64,000 nt of DNA from Alphaproteobacteria bacterium. GTDB taxonomy: Bacteria; Pseudomonadota; Alphaproteobacteria; UBA7887. The position numbers and the translations under genes were made by a program. The stretch is taken from NCBI GenBank assembly GCA_965216755.1, contig CBDCGL010000011.1, positions 640,001-704,000 of the forward strand. Reading direction: 5' to 3'. Position 1 is the stretch's first letter; every line of letters begins with the position of its first letter. Below the pieces are notes generated by a model. It was given only the letters and a program-made list of their open reading frames with translations. It had not been told where the DNA came from and did no database searches. Below are positions 1 to 10,432 of this stretch, piece by piece.

Positions 1-1213
1 CCGGACAGTCAAAATCGACGGCCACTTGGTCGACCTTCGCACTCGCCATTTGGCAAGCGATGGTGCGTTTCCAGATCAATTCGTACAAGCGCAAGCCATC
101 ATTATCGAGGTGACCGGCCACGGCCTTGGGCGTCCGCGACGGCACCGTCGGACGAATGGCTTCGTGGGCCTCCTGGGCGTTGCGCGACTTGGTCTTGTAG
201 AAGCGCGGCTTTTCGGGCACGTAGTCAGCGCCATAGGTCTCGCCGATCAAGTTCCGGCAGGCTTCCAACGCGTCATTTGCCAATGTGACACTGTCGGTAC
301 GCATATAAGTGATCAGGCCGACCGTTTCGCCGCCGATATCGACACCCTCATAGAGCTTCTGCGCGATCCGCATGGTCTGTTTCGCGCTCATGCCCAATTT
401 GCGTGAAGCTTCCTGTTGCAGGGTCGAGGTGGTGAATGGCGGTGCCGGATTTCGCCGTACCTGTTTGCGCTCGACCTTGGCCACCGAGAACGTGCGCGCC
501 TCGATCATATCAACGGCGGCTTTAGCGTCGGCCTCGTTGCCGAGCGCGAACTTGTCGAGCTTTTGACCGTCAAGGTGCGTCAGACGGGCGGTCAACAACT
601 GTCCCGCCGGCGTTCGCAGGTCGGCGTCGACCGTCCAATATTCGCGCGCCTTGAACGCTTCGATTTCTTTCTCGCGCTCACAGACCAAGCGTAGCGCGAC
701 AGACTGCACGCGTCCGGCCGACCGCGATCCCGGCACTTTCCGCCAAAGGACCGGTGAAAGCGTGAACCCCACCAGATAATCGAGCGCGCGCCGGGCCTGC
801 TGCGCGTTGACCAGGTTCATGTCGATTTGACGCGGGTGTTCAACTGCGTCTCTTACAGCGCCGCGTGTAATCTCATGAAACACCACGCGGTCGACAGGCA
901 TCTTGCGCGAAATCACATCGCCATTGAGGTGATTTAGCACATGCCACGATATGGCCTCGCCTTCGCGGTCCGGGTCAGTCGCGAGGATCAATCGTTCGGC
1001 CGTCTTGGCCGCCTTCGCGATGGCCGCTAAATGCTTTTCGGACTTGGTATCGACAACATAGTCCATCGCGAAGTCTTCATCAGGGCGTACGGAGCCGTCC
1101 TTGGAGGGCAGGTCGCAAACATGCCCGTAGGTGGCCAAAACCTTGTAGTCCGGCCCCAGGATCTTTTCGATAGTTTTCGCCTTTGCCGGCGATTCAACGA
1201 CGACGATTTTCAT
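1..1213 (-). CDS. topA: DNA topoisomerase I (5' part; runs off left edge)
   Basis: Not in ORF track. Manual translation from ATG 1213 gives MKIVVVESPAKAKTIEKILG, with LATDPDREGE and SAGRVQSVAL motifs. Lies downstream of dprA as in typical alphaproteobacterial synteny. Confidence 0.97.
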   Translation of the reverse strand, partial: MKIVVVESPAKAKTIEKILGPDYKVLATYGHVCDLPSKDGSVRPDEDFAMDYVVDTKSEKHLAAIAKAAKTAERLILATDPDREGEAISWHVLNHLNGDVISRKMPVDRVVFHEITRGAVRDAVEHPRQIDMNLVNAQQARRALDYLVGFTLSPVLWRKVPGSRSAGRVQSVALRLVCEREKEIEAFKAREYWTVDADLRTPAGQLLTARLTHLDGQKLDKFALGNEADAKAAVDMIEARTFSVAKVERKQVRRNPAPPFTTSTLQQEASRKLGMSAKQTMRIAQKLYEGVDIGGETVGLITYMRTDSVTLANDALEACRNLIGETYGADYVPEKPRFYKTKSRNAQEAHEAIRPTVPSRTPKAVAGHLDNDGLRLYELIWKRTIACQMASAKVDQVAVDFDCP

Positions 1214-1268
1214 GGAAGCTCTTCGAGTAGTTACCGCGAGGCAGAGTCAAAGAAGTTTCTTAACCATT

Positions 1269-2411
1269 TCATAATGAAAGAGAAATGTTTCCGCCCTCCA
1301 GCCGCGATAGTCGACCCGCAAGCTCAAGTTCGAGCAGGACGGGCCATAGCTCGGCGGGAGTTACTTGGCATTGGCGGACCAATTCGTCAACCGAGACTGG
1401 GCTAGGACCAAGCAGATCAATAACCTGGCGTCGGACATTATCCGTCACGTCAGACGGATCGCATATCTCTCGAACAAACGGTCCATTGCCGCAACTTTGG
1501 CCCTGTATTTCAGGCATTTTCATGGGAAATTGTAGGTTATCGATAATGTCCTGAGCCGATTCGGTAAGGATCGCTCCTTCGCGAATCAGGCGGTTGGTCC
1601 CGCGATGACGCGGATCGGTTGGTGTTCCCGGGACTGCAAACACCTCTCGTCCTTGGTCGGCGGCGAAGCGCGCCGTGATCAGCGAGCCCGAGCGACTTGT
1701 CGCTTCGACGACCACAACTCCAAGCGACAAACCGGAGATCAGTCGATTGCGCCGCGGAAAATGCCGCGCTTGTGGGACAGTGCCCAGTGGCTGCTCGGAA
1801 ACGATCGCGCCTTGCTCCCGAATCAGCTCGTAGAGGGTTTCGTTTTCGGGCGGATAGATATTGTTGGCGCCGCCGGCGACGACGGCCACCGTGCCTGTTG
1901 CCAAAGCACCTTGATGCGTATGGGTATCGATGCCTCGGGCCAGCCCTGACACGACGACAAGTTGGGCACTGCCCAGCTCTTTGGCCAAATCATGAGCAAA
2001 GCGTCGTCCAGCAGCTGAAGCGTTGCGTGCGCCGACCATGGCAATGGTCGGGCGGGTGAGCAACGACGGCTCGCCGAGCGCTGTAATCAAGGGCGGCGCG
2101 TCTGCTATTGCCGCCAGGCGCGGTGGGTAGCCGGGGTCATCCTTCAGTAACATTCGTCCGCCGACACGCTCTACTGCGTCCATTTCTGCCAAGGCGCGGT
2201 CTTCGTCCGCCAATTTGATCGCCCGGCGGCGACCACCACGGCGCGCAAGTTCAGGCACGGCGGCCAACGCGTGGCGCGCCGACCCATAAATCGATAAGAG
2301 GTCGCCAAATGTTATCGGACCAACATTTTCACTGCGCGCCAGCCGGAGCCACGCGACGCGTTCCGCCCAGTCGAAGGTGGCAACGTCGGACGTGCGCTGG
2401 TGCTGCGGCAT
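1269..2411 (-). CDS. dprA: DNA-protecting protein DprA (Smf)
   Basis: VGARNAS, VSGLARGID, FPRRNRLISGLS and SGSLITA motifs; C-terminal winged helix (LLELELAG). Confidence 0.96.
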   Translation of the reverse strand: MPQHQRTSDVATFDWAERVAWLRLARSENVGPITFGDLLSIYGSARHALAAVPELARRGGRRRAIKLADEDRALAEMDAVERVGGRMLLKDDPGYPPRLAAIADAPPLITALGEPSLLTRPTIAMVGARNASAAGRRFAHDLAKELGSAQLVVVSGLARGIDTHTHQGALATGTVAVVAGGANNIYPPENETLYELIREQGAIVSEQPLGTVPQARHFPRRNRLISGLSLGVVVVEATSRSGSLITARFAADQGREVFAVPGTPTDPRHRGTNRLIREGAILTESAQDIIDNLQFPMKMPEIQGQSCGNGPFVREICDPSDVTDNVRRQVIDLLGPSPVSVDELVRQCQVTPAELWPVLLELELAGRLSRLEGGNISLSL

Positions 2412-2491
2412 AGCCTTAGACTCATGGACCGGACCAACGCGGTCAAGGTCGTATCGCGGCCATCGGCACGATAGTGGAGAAGTGTATCCTA

Positions 2492-3919
2492 TTAGCCGGC
2501 CGGCAAAGATATCGCGCCCGGAGCGCCTGGAGCGTCCGTTGGTGTGCCAATTGCATCACCGACAAACACTTCGTAGCCCGCGGCCGCCATATCCGCCAAT
2601 TGGTCCGGGCTATCCACGGATCGCAGTCCGCACTTCATGCCGCGCAACGCGGCGCGAATGGCAAACTTCGCAAGCAGACCGTTCGACGCACCGGTGTTTG
2701 CCGTGGTGAGAAGATATCCGGCGCCCGAACATTCAAGCCCTTCAATGCGGTCCAAACTGCACGGCACGCGCAACCGGGAATCTTTGGAGTGCCGGCGAAT
2801 GAACGACAAAACCTTTGGCAACTTTGTCTGATTGAATCCGTACAATGGGCAAATCAGTTCGATCAATTTGAGATCGGTCGGGATGATTTCTGAGCCTTCG
2901 AGGATTTGCGAAAGGTATTCGCGGGCAGATGCTTTCATCAGCACGCCAAAATGGAGTGCCAAAACCAGCGGCTTTATTTCATCTGCCGCCAGGGTCATCG
3001 CGTAGCATTCCATGGTTCGTAGCGTGATTAACGAATCGTAGGTCGATGCCAACACGCCACTGTCGTCGGCCAGGAACGCCGCTTCGCCAAACAGCGCTGA
3101 CAGGTTCGATGATGGCTTTGCGAGGACCGATTGCGCGTCCATAACAGCGTGCGTTCGGGCCGACCAAACGGGCCGAAAGCCAACCGTCACGTCCATGATG
3201 ATCGTCGCCGCTTTTTCGCGAACTTCTCTGCTAGCGCGGTTGTCGGGCGGCCCGATAAATGGAATGCGGCCCCCGCCAATCATCGGTTGGTCCGCCGCGT
3301 CGGGAGGTGCCATCGGCGCGCTTGTGTGGTTGCTCTCAGCGGCTACGGACGGTTCTGATCCGATTTCGACCCGGATCGGGGCGCCTTCCGTTGTGATAGC
3401 CTTGGTGTTAGAGGCGTTGCCGCGAGCGACCGTCAGCCGGGTCACATCGACGATGATGTCCACGTCGTAGTTGGACGGCGATACAGCGCGCAGCGCGTCG
3501 GAGAGTTCCCGGCCGATCTGTCGCGATCGTTCGATCGCCGTATCCTGGCAATCGGCGCGGTAGCAGATCGTGTAGTCGAACGCGCCCCCAACACTATAGG
3601 TTTCTCTCTCCGCCAGGTGCGCCGCGACGGCCTTGCGACCCAAATTAGACATGAGATCCATGACCTCGTGCCAATGGTCCGACAACGCCTCTGTCACGCG
3701 GTCGATATCGACCATTTTGGTTCGTGCCTTGAAAACCGTGCCGTTTTGGTCGGCAGCGGCGACGATCTGGGTGTTTTCGATGTCTCTTGTTGCGGTTCCG
3801 TTGACTGAAGCGTTGGCAGTTTGATCGGAGCGATTGCCTGAGCTTTTGTCTGCGGGCGGCACGGATTCCGAGTCATAAAAGAACTCGGCGACGCGCGATG
3901 TGATCCTGTGAGACGGCAA
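2492..3919 (-). CDS. Hypothetical protein with degenerate C-terminal EAL-like domain
   Basis: 475-aa ORF. FRPVW and GLRSVDSPDQLADMAAAGYEVFVGDAIG resemble the EAL termini, but the EAL and DDFGTG motifs are absent. Start uncertain. Confidence 0.65.
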   Translation of the reverse strand: MPSHRITSRVAEFFYDSESVPPADKSSGNRSDQTANASVNGTATRDIENTQIVAAADQNGTVFKARTKMVDIDRVTEALSDHWHEVMDLMSNLGRKAVAAHLAERETYSVGGAFDYTICYRADCQDTAIERSRQIGRELSDALRAVSPSNYDVDIIVDVTRLTVARGNASNTKAITTEGAPIRVEIGSEPSVAAESNHTSAPMAPPDAADQPMIGGGRIPFIGPPDNRASREVREKAATIIMDVTVGFRPVWSARTHAVMDAQSVLAKPSSNLSALFGEAAFLADDSGVLASTYDSLITLRTMECYAMTLAADEIKPLVLALHFGVLMKASAREYLSQILEGSEIIPTDLKLIELICPLYGFNQTKLPKVLSFIRRHSKDSRLRVPCSLDRIEGLECSGAGYLLTTANTGASNGLLAKFAIRAALRGMKCGLRSVDSPDQLADMAAAGYEVFVGDAIGTPTDAPGAPGAISLPAG

Positions 3920-3992
3920 GAAATCCTCCGGTCAAATTGTCTAGGTCATCTGGCGGCGTGACGGAGGGTTGGGAACCACGGATTGTGGGCGC

Positions 3993-4664
3993 CTAGGACC
4001 GAATCGACTTCGACCCGTTACCGATTCGAGGTTCCGTGCCGACTATAAGACGTTTCACGTTCCCGATATGTTTCAAAAGAACCAAAACTGCTATGAGACC
4101 AAGAACTTCAACAAACTGAGGTAGGCCGGGCAGCCAATAAGGCAGATAGCTTTTGCCTTGACCATAGAGAATGAGGACCAAGTAGACCGGTGCGAGCGGG
4201 ATGGCGACGAGTGCGCCAACAGACGAAATTCGCGTCGTGACCACCAATGCGAGCCATGTAAGACAGGCAGCAATGGCCACCGGCCAAGACAGAGCGAACA
4301 TGACCCCAAGGCTTGTGGCCACGCCCTTGCCGCCACGAAATCTAAGCCAGATCGGCGCCATGTGGCCGACGACCACGCCGACCGCGGCGATTGCCTTGAA
4401 ATCGGGCCCGTAATAGCCGGCTGCCAGTACCGCGAGGGCGCCTTTGGCGCCATCCAGCAACAGGGTCGCGCCGGCCAAGCCGCGCCGACCAGTGCGCATG
4501 ACATTCGTGGCGCCAATGTTACCGGACCCGACGTGGCGGATATCTCCAAGACCGGCCCACTTCGTGAGCAGCAGCCCGAAAGGCACGGAGCCGACCAAAT
4601 AGGCTGCAAATCCTGTTGCATACCATGGCCAGGTGTAGCCGATGCCGCCCAGCAGGTCGGGCAC
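3993..4664 (-). CDS. plsY: Glycerol-3-phosphate acyltransferase PlsY
   Basis: YLVGSVPFG, GSGNIGATN, LDGAKG, FRGGKGVAT and KHIGNVKRL motifs. Confidence 0.96.
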   Translation of the reverse strand: MPDLLGGIGYTWPWYATGFAAYLVGSVPFGLLLTKWAGLGDIRHVGSGNIGATNVMRTGRRGLAGATLLLDGAKGALAVLAAGYYGPDFKAIAAVGVVVGHMAPIWLRFRGGKGVATSLGVMFALSWPVAIAACLTWLALVVTTRISSVGALVAIPLAPVYLVLILYGQGKSYLPYWLPGLPQFVEVLGLIAVLVLLKHIGNVKRLIVGTEPRIGNGSKSIRS

Positions 4665-5998
4665 TAGTCCGAACCCTCTGTCTGTGAGAGCATATGCACG
4701 GTTCGCCCGGCAACCACGGTGCGTACCACTTTGCCTTGCACAGGCCGACCGTCATAGGGCGCATTGCGGGATTTGCTGTGCAGCGCCGCCGCATCTATGC
4801 GCCATGGTCGATCCAAATCGACGAGCGCCAAATCGGCGGACCGACCGGGTCGGAGGGCACCGGCGTCGAGACCGAGCAGTTGGGCCGGGCGCGCAGTCAG
4901 CTTGTCCAACAGCGGCAGCAACTCGATATGACCGCCATGGTAGAGTTCCAGGGCCAATGGCAACATGGTTTCCAGTCCAATGATGCCGTTCTCGGCATGC
5001 GCGAATGGAAGGCGCTTGGAATCCTGGTCGTGGGGCGCGTGATCGCTGGAAATCACATCGATTGTACCGTCGGCCAATCGGCTGACCACGGCCTGGCGAT
5101 CGGGTTCCGCGCGCAGTGGTGGCGATACTTTGGCGAACGTCCGGTAGTCCTCCACCGCGTTCTCGTTCAAAGCAAAATAGTGGGGTGCCGTCCCGCACGT
5201 CACATTGAGACCCGACGTCTTGGCGCGCGCGACGATGTCATAGGTATCCGCGATCGAACCATGGGCAACATGGTAGCGGCCACCATAGCGCCCCAATAGG
5301 CGCACATCACGTTCAACCACCAGCGCCTCGGCTATGGGCGGAATGCCTATCAACCCCAGGCGCGTGGCGAGTTCGCCCTCATTCATTTCGCCGCCCTCGG
5401 TCAGGGACGGCTCTTCGGTATGCTGCATGATCAAGGCGTTAAACGCCTTCCCATAAGCAAGCGCGCGGCTCATCACCAAAGAATCGGCGAGCGTACGATG
5501 GGCGTCGCTGAAGGCCAGGGCGCCAGCTTCCTGCAGAAGTCCTATCTCCGTGAGCTGTTCGCCCTTGAGCCCCCGTGTCAACGCGGCAGCCGCATAAATG
5601 CGCACCAAGCTGGTTTCACGCGCGCGGCGGGCAATGAACTCGATCAGCGCCGGGTGATCGATGACCGGGTCCGTGTTGGGCATGCAGAGCACACTCGTGA
5701 CGCCGCCGGCTGCGGCAGCGCGGCCCGCCGACTCCAATGTCTCCTTGTGCTCTTCGCCCGGTTCGCGCAGGTGCGCGCGCATGTCGACCAGGCCCGGCAT
5801 CAGGCACAATCCATCACACGCGACGTGTTCGGCACCGTCCGGCAATCCATCGCGAAAAAGGTGGGAGCCGAGATCGGCAATTTGGCCGTTTTCGACCAAC
5901 AGCCCGCCGACGGTGTCGAGGCGCGATTCGGGATCCAGTAGCCGCGCGTTGGTATAGGCTGTGCGGCCCCGATGCGGCGGTGGCTTGCTCGCAATCAT
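4664..5998 (-). CDS. pyrC: Dihydroorotase family protein (PyrC/PyrC')
   Basis: [27 protein letters not shown] and SDHAPH motifs. ATG 5998 overlaps the pyrB stop (ATGA). Confidence 0.9.
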   Translation of the reverse strand: MIASKPPPHRGRTAYTNARLLDPESRLDTVGGLLVENGQIADLGSHLFRDGLPDGAEHVACDGLCLMPGLVDMRAHLREPGEEHKETLESAGRAAAAGGVTSVLCMPNTDPVIDHPALIEFIARRARETSLVRIYAAAALTRGLKGEQLTEIGLLQEAGALAFSDAHRTLADSLVMSRALAYGKAFNALIMQHTEEPSLTEGGEMNEGELATRLGLIGIPPIAEALVVERDVRLLGRYGGRYHVAHGSIADTYDIVARAKTSGLNVTCGTAPHYFALNENAVEDYRTFAKVSPPLRAEPDRQAVVSRLADGTIDVISSDHAPHDQDSKRLPFAHAENGIIGLETMLPLALELYHGGHIELLPLLDKLTARPAQLLGLDAGALRPGRSADLALVDLDRPWRIDAAALHSKSRNAPYDGRPVQGKVVRTVVAGRTVHMLSQTEGSD

Positions 5999-6966
5999 GC
6001 CGCGCTCGCCGATGCACACTTTCCGAGCTGGCGTGACAGCACCGCCAAACAGGCCATGCGCACGGCGACGCCTAACTCGACTTGGTCCAAGATCACGCTG
6101 CGTGTGATGTCGTCGGCCAGGCCACTGTCGATCTCGATACCGCGATTGATTGGTCCTGGGTGCATGATCAAGGCATCCGGCTTGGCAAGAGTCAGTTTTT
6201 CCGAGTCGAGACCGAAGAACCGAAAATATTCGCGGGTCGAGGGGACAAATGTGCCGCGCATGCGTTCCGTCTGTAAACGGAGCATCATCACAATGTCGCA
6301 GTCGCGAACACCTTCACGAATATCGTGAAAAACCGAAACACCGAGTCTTTCCACGGCGGGCGGCAAGAGTGTCGGCGGCGCCACCAGCCTGATCCGCGCA
6401 CCCATCGTGTTCAACAGCAGGATATTCGAACGCGCGACACGACTGTGCAGTATGTCGCCACATATGGCGACGGTCAGGCCCTGCAAGGCGCCACGCCGCC
6501 GCCGAATCGTCAGCGCATCTAATAGGGCCTGGGTGGGGTGTTCATGGGAACCGTCTCCGGCATTGATCACAGCCACATTGACCTTTTCGGATAGCAACTT
6601 GACGGCGCCCGACTCGGGGTGGCGAACGACCAGCACATCCGGATGCATCGCGTTCAGGGTCATCGCGGTATCGAGCAGCGTTTCGCCCTTCTTGATCGAA
6701 CTCGAACCGACAGACATGTTAATGACATCGGCGCCGAGCCGCTTGCCCGCCAGTTCGAAGGATGTGCGCGTGCGGGTCGAATCCTCAAAAAACAGGTTGA
6801 TCAGCGTCCGGCCGTTGAGCAGACGCTGCTTTTTTTCCAGTTGCCGATTGAGGTCGACGTATGAATCTGAGAGGTCCAGCAGATCCGCAATGTGCTGCTG
6901 AGACAAACCTTCGATTCCCAACAGATGTCGGTGCGGAAACGAAGTATCGCGCGGAGGCATGGTCAT
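5995..6966 (-). CDS. pyrB: Aspartate carbamoyltransferase catalytic subunit
   Basis: [29 protein letters not shown] and MHPGPINRG motifs. Confidence 0.98.
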   Translation of the reverse strand: MTMPPRDTSFPHRHLLGIEGLSQQHIADLLDLSDSYVDLNRQLEKKQRLLNGRTLINLFFEDSTRTRTSFELAGKRLGADVINMSVGSSSIKKGETLLDTAMTLNAMHPDVLVVRHPESGAVKLLSEKVNVAVINAGDGSHEHPTQALLDALTIRRRRGALQGLTVAICGDILHSRVARSNILLLNTMGARIRLVAPPTLLPPAVERLGVSVFHDIREGVRDCDIVMMLRLQTERMRGTFVPSTREYFRFFGLDSEKLTLAKPDALIMHPGPINRGIEIDSGLADDITRSVILDQVELGVAVRMACLAVLSRQLGKCASASAA

Positions 6967-7139
6967 AAAACCGGACTATACGACTTGGTCCCGGCAAGGA
7001 GCAAGCGAACAGCCGACGCATCTGCAAGCCCGAGCTAACACGGCACGGTCGTCTCCGTCGATCTGACACGACAGCGCATTTTCTTGATTTTAATGTTGAG
7101 TGCATGGTGTCGTTTATGTATTCATGAATCCATATAGAA

Positions 7140-8018
7140 ATGTTCAAGAGTACAATTTGCACAAAGACTGCAATGAATCTGCAAAATATCTTCAGAACAA
7201 CAATATTTCTAGTTGTATTCACTGCATGCATCCTCGGTTCATGGGCTTTTTATTTTGAGCCGCGGAGCTTGACCAACAGTGCGTCGGACATGGTGATCGA
7301 ACCTTGGCCGGCTGCTTGCGACGGACTAAATGTTGTCGTGTTAGCGGATTTGCATGTCGGTTCACCTTACTTTGGTCTCGACAAACTCGAGACGATCGTT
7401 CGTGAAACAAACAGCAAAGATCCTGATCTGATCCTCCTCGCCGGCGACTATGTCATTCACGGTGTGATCGGTGGAAAATTCGTCACGCCGGAACCGATAG
7501 CCAGACAATTGAGCGTGCTGCGCGCCAAAATCGGCGTGTACGCCGTCCTCGGAAATCACGATTGGTGGTATGATGCCGCGCGGATCACAGCAGCTTTTGC
7601 GCAAAACGGGATTCCCGTTTTGGAAGACGCCTCGGTGCAGATCGGTATTGGAGACTGCGAATTTTGGCTGGTCGGGGTGAGTGATTTTTGGGAGGGGGCC
7701 CACGACGTACAAAAGGCGCTGCGGGGCGTCCCTGAAGGCGCGCCGGTCATCGCGTTTACCCACAATCCCGACGTCTTCGTTGAAATTCCGGATCGCGTAT
7801 CTTTGACTGTTGCGGGCCATACTCACGGCGGTCAGGTCAGCCTGCCCTTGGTCGGACGGCCGGTTGTCCCGTCACGATACGGTCAGCGCTTCGCCGTTGG
7901 GCGAATCAATGAAGGCGGTCGCCAGATGTTCGTCAGTCAAGGGCTAGGAACCAGCATCATTCCCGTGCGTTTCCGCGTGCCGCCGGAGATTTCGGTAATC
8001 ACGCTTCGCGCGAAGTGA
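7140..8018 (+). CDS. Membrane-anchored metallophosphoesterase (YkuE/YaeI-like)
   Basis: DLH, GD, GNHD, HNPD and GHTHGGQ calcineurin-like motifs after an N-terminal TM segment. Start 7140 or 7173. Confidence 0.9.
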   Translation: MFKSTICTKTAMNLQNIFRTTIFLVVFTACILGSWAFYFEPRSLTNSASDMVIEPWPAACDGLNVVVLADLHVGSPYFGLDKLETIVRETNSKDPDLILLAGDYVIHGVIGGKFVTPEPIARQLSVLRAKIGVYAVLGNHDWWYDAARITAAFAQNGIPVLEDASVQIGIGDCEFWLVGVSDFWEGAHDVQKALRGVPEGAPVIAFTHNPDVFVEIPDRVSLTVAGHTHGGQVSLPLVGRPVVPSRYGQRFAVGRINEGGRQMFVSQGLGTSIIPVRFRVPPEISVITLRAK

Positions 8019-8052
8019 ACCAGCCGCGGGAGATCTGGGCACACCGACCGGT

Positions 8053-8526
8053 TCATTTGATACCGACGGCACAGAGCGCATCCAGCGCACCCTGCAAGAT
8101 GTAGGCTGCGGCCAGTTGATCCACGACTTTGGCACGTTTGCGCCGCGAGAGGTCGGCCTCAAGCATGCCGCGCGTCACGGCCGCCGTCGACAGACGCTCG
8201 TCCCACAACAGGATCGGCAATGCGACATGTTTCGTGAGGTCGGCGGCGAACTGGCGCGTGGCCTGGCAGCGCGGTCCCTCGCTGCCGTTCATGTTGATCG
8301 GTAGGCCCAGCACAATCCCGGCCACGTCTTGCGCCGCGCATGTTTCGGCAAGGACAGCCAAGTCGTGGCGCAATTTGGTCCTCTGCAATGTACGGACGGG
8401 CGTCGCGACCGTGCGTGTCGCGTCCGACAGCGCCATTCCCACGGTCCGCGTTCCGAGATCCAAGCCCAATAGGCGCGTGCCGGCGCACGTCCGCGACGCG
8501 AAATCCGTCACTGTCTCACAAATCAT
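8053..8526 (-). CDS. ruvX: Pre-16S rRNA nuclease / Holliday junction resolvase RuvX (YqgF)
   Basis: LLGLDLGTRTVGMALSD, GLP, WDERLST and DQLAAAYILQ motifs. Start trimmed to MICETV because the longer ORF overlaps gatC. Confidence 0.93.
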   Translation of the reverse strand: MICETVTDFASRTCAGTRLLGLDLGTRTVGMALSDATRTVATPVRTLQRTKLRHDLAVLAETCAAQDVAGIVLGLPINMNGSEGPRCQATRQFAADLTKHVALPILLWDERLSTAAVTRGMLEADLSRRKRAKVVDQLAAAYILQGALDALCAVGIK

Positions 8527-8648
8527 GGCTTGTGTTCGGTCGTTGGAAATGGCGGATCTCGCCGTTGTTATTGTCTTTGCCAGCTGTGGCGGGCGCGCGC
8601 CGCTGCCGCTATAGTCGAACGTCTCCCGCATACCGGAGTGGATACCCA

Positions 8649-8936
8649 ATGTCACTGGACAAGGCGACGGTTGCACGTATCGCCCGGCTCGCGCGCATCG
8701 AGATTGCCGAGGTCGAACTCGAACCGCTGGCCGAAGAGCTATCAAATATCATCACATGGGTCGAGCAATTGAACGAGATCGACATAGACGGCGTTGAGCC
8801 GATGACCAGCGTCGTCGCCATGGGATTGCGCCGCCGGCCGGACCTGGTCAACGATGGTGGCTACGCTTCTGATGTGTTGGCAAATGCGCCCGAGGCGGCG
8901 GATGGCCATTTCGTCGTGCCGAAGGTCATTGAGTAA
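8649..8936 (+). CDS. gatC: Asp/Glu-tRNA amidotransferase subunit C
   Basis: [17 protein letters not shown]...[17 protein letters not shown]; stop overlaps the gatA start. Confidence 0.96.
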   Translation: MSLDKATVARIARLARIEIAEVELEPLAEELSNIITWVEQLNEIDIDGVEPMTSVVAMGLRRRPDLVNDGGYASDVLANAPEAADGHFVVPKVIE

Positions 8937-10432
8937 TGCCGGCGACCGGAGAGGGTGTTGGCCTCACCATCGCGGAAATGCGCGATGGTCTGAGGACGGG
9001 CGAATTCACCGCGGTTGCTTTGGCAGAGGCCCATATCGAAGCGACAGAGCAGGCCCGATCGTTAAACGGTTATATCACCGAGACACCGGAACAAGCTCTG
9101 GCCGAAGCGCGCGCATCCGACGCACGTCGGGCCAACGGGGATATCGGCGTCATGGACGGCATCCCTATCGCCATGAAGGACTTGTTCTGTTCGAACGGCG
9201 TGTTGACGACAGCTGGGTCACATATTTTGGACGGCTTCGTTCCGCGATATGAATCGACAGTTTCGGCGAATGTGCGCCGGGCCGGGGCGGTCTCACTCGG
9301 CAAGACCAATCTCGACGAGTTCGCCATGGGATCGGCCAACATCACCAGTTATTACGGTCCGGTCGAGAACCCTTGGCGAGGCAGCGGCGACAACCGGCCC
9401 TTGGTGCCTGGCGGGAGTTCGGGCGGCTCGGCCGCTTTGGTCGCGGCGCGTGCGGTGCCGGCCGCGACCGGCACGGATACCGGCGGCTCGATCCGCCAAC
9501 CCGCGTCGTTCTGTGGCGTGATCGGCTTGAAACCGACTTATGGTCGTTGTTCCCGGTGGGGCATTGTCGCCTTTGCGAGCTCTCTCGACCAGGCCGGGCC
9601 GATCACCCGAACCGTGCGCGATGCGGCGATCATGCTCGGTGCAATGGCCGGCTTCGACCCGAAGGACTCAACGTCGGTCGAAACGCCGGTTCCTGACTAC
9701 GAAGCGGGCCTCACCGGCGACATTCGCGGATTGCGCATCGGCATTCCGGCTGAGTATCGCGTCGATGGTATGAGCACCGAGATCGAGAATCTATGGCAGC
9801 GCGGCGCCACATGGTTGCGGGACGCAGGGGCGGAGCTGGTCGACATCTCGTTGCCGCACACAAAGTACGCCTTGCCTGCCTACTACATCATCGCCCCGGC
9901 CGAAGCGTCATCGAACTTGGCGCGTTACGACGGGGTCAAATACGGTCTGCGTGTGGACGACTCTGATTTGGTCCATCAGTACGAAAAAACCCGGGGTGTA
10001 GGATTCGGGGCCGAAGTACGGCGACGCGTAATGATCGGCACGTACGTCTTGTCGGCCGGGTATTACGATGCCTATTACCTGCGCGCGCAGCGAGTGCGCA
10101 CGTTGATTGCCCACGATTTTACCAATGCGTTCGGTTCCGTCGATCTTGTCTTGACGCCAACCACGCCATCAGCTGCCTTTCCGATTGGGGAACGGATGGG
10201 CGATCCCGTGGCCATGTATCTCAATGACGTTCTGACAGTTCCGGCAAGCCTGGCCGGATTGCCGGCAATCACTGTGCCGTCGGGCTTGTCCAGCGATGGT
10301 TTGCCGCTTGGCTTGCAGTTGATTGGGCGCGCCTTCGATGAGCCAACGCTGTTGCGCGCGGCCGAAGTTGTCGAGGCAGCCGCGGCCTTCTCCGCCGTGC
10401 CGGCCTTTACGGTGGAAGGGGGTGTATCGTGA
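8936..10432 (+). CDS. gatA: Asp/Glu-tRNA amidotransferase subunit A
   Basis: Amidase signature GGSSGGS...[12 protein letters not shown]; SSNLARYDG. Confidence 0.98.
   Translation: MPATGEGVGLTIAEMRDGLRTGEFTAVALAEAHIEATEQARSLNGYITETPEQALAEARASDARRANGDIGVMDGIPIAMKDLFCSNGVLTTAGSHILDGFVPRYESTVSANVRRAGAVSLGKTNLDEFAMGSANITSYYGPVENPWRGSGDNRPLVPGGSSGGSAALVAARAVPAATGTDTGGSIRQPASFCGVIGLKPTYGRCSRWGIVAFASSLDQAGPITRTVRDAAIMLGAMAGFDPKDSTSVETPVPDYEAGLTGDIRGLRIGIPAEYRVDGMSTEIENLWQRGATWLRDAGAELVDISLPHTKYALPAYYIIAPAEASSNLARYDGVKYGLRVDDSDLVHQYEKTRGVGFGAEVRRRVMIGTYVLSAGYYDAYYLRAQRVRTLIAHDFTNAFGSVDLVLTPTTPSAAFPIGERMGDPVAMYLNDVLTVPASLAGLPAITVPSGLSSDGLPLGLQLIGRAFDEPTLLRAAEVVEAAAAFSAVPAFTVEGGVS

Noticed and set aside
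1260-1274. CtrA-like TTAA-N7-ATAA upstream of topA
   Set aside because: One mismatch and overlaps the dprA stop; too weak alone.
8340-8745. Long N-terminal extensions of gatC and ruvX in the ORF track
   Set aside because: They overlap each other; family-typical starts are at 8649 and 8526.
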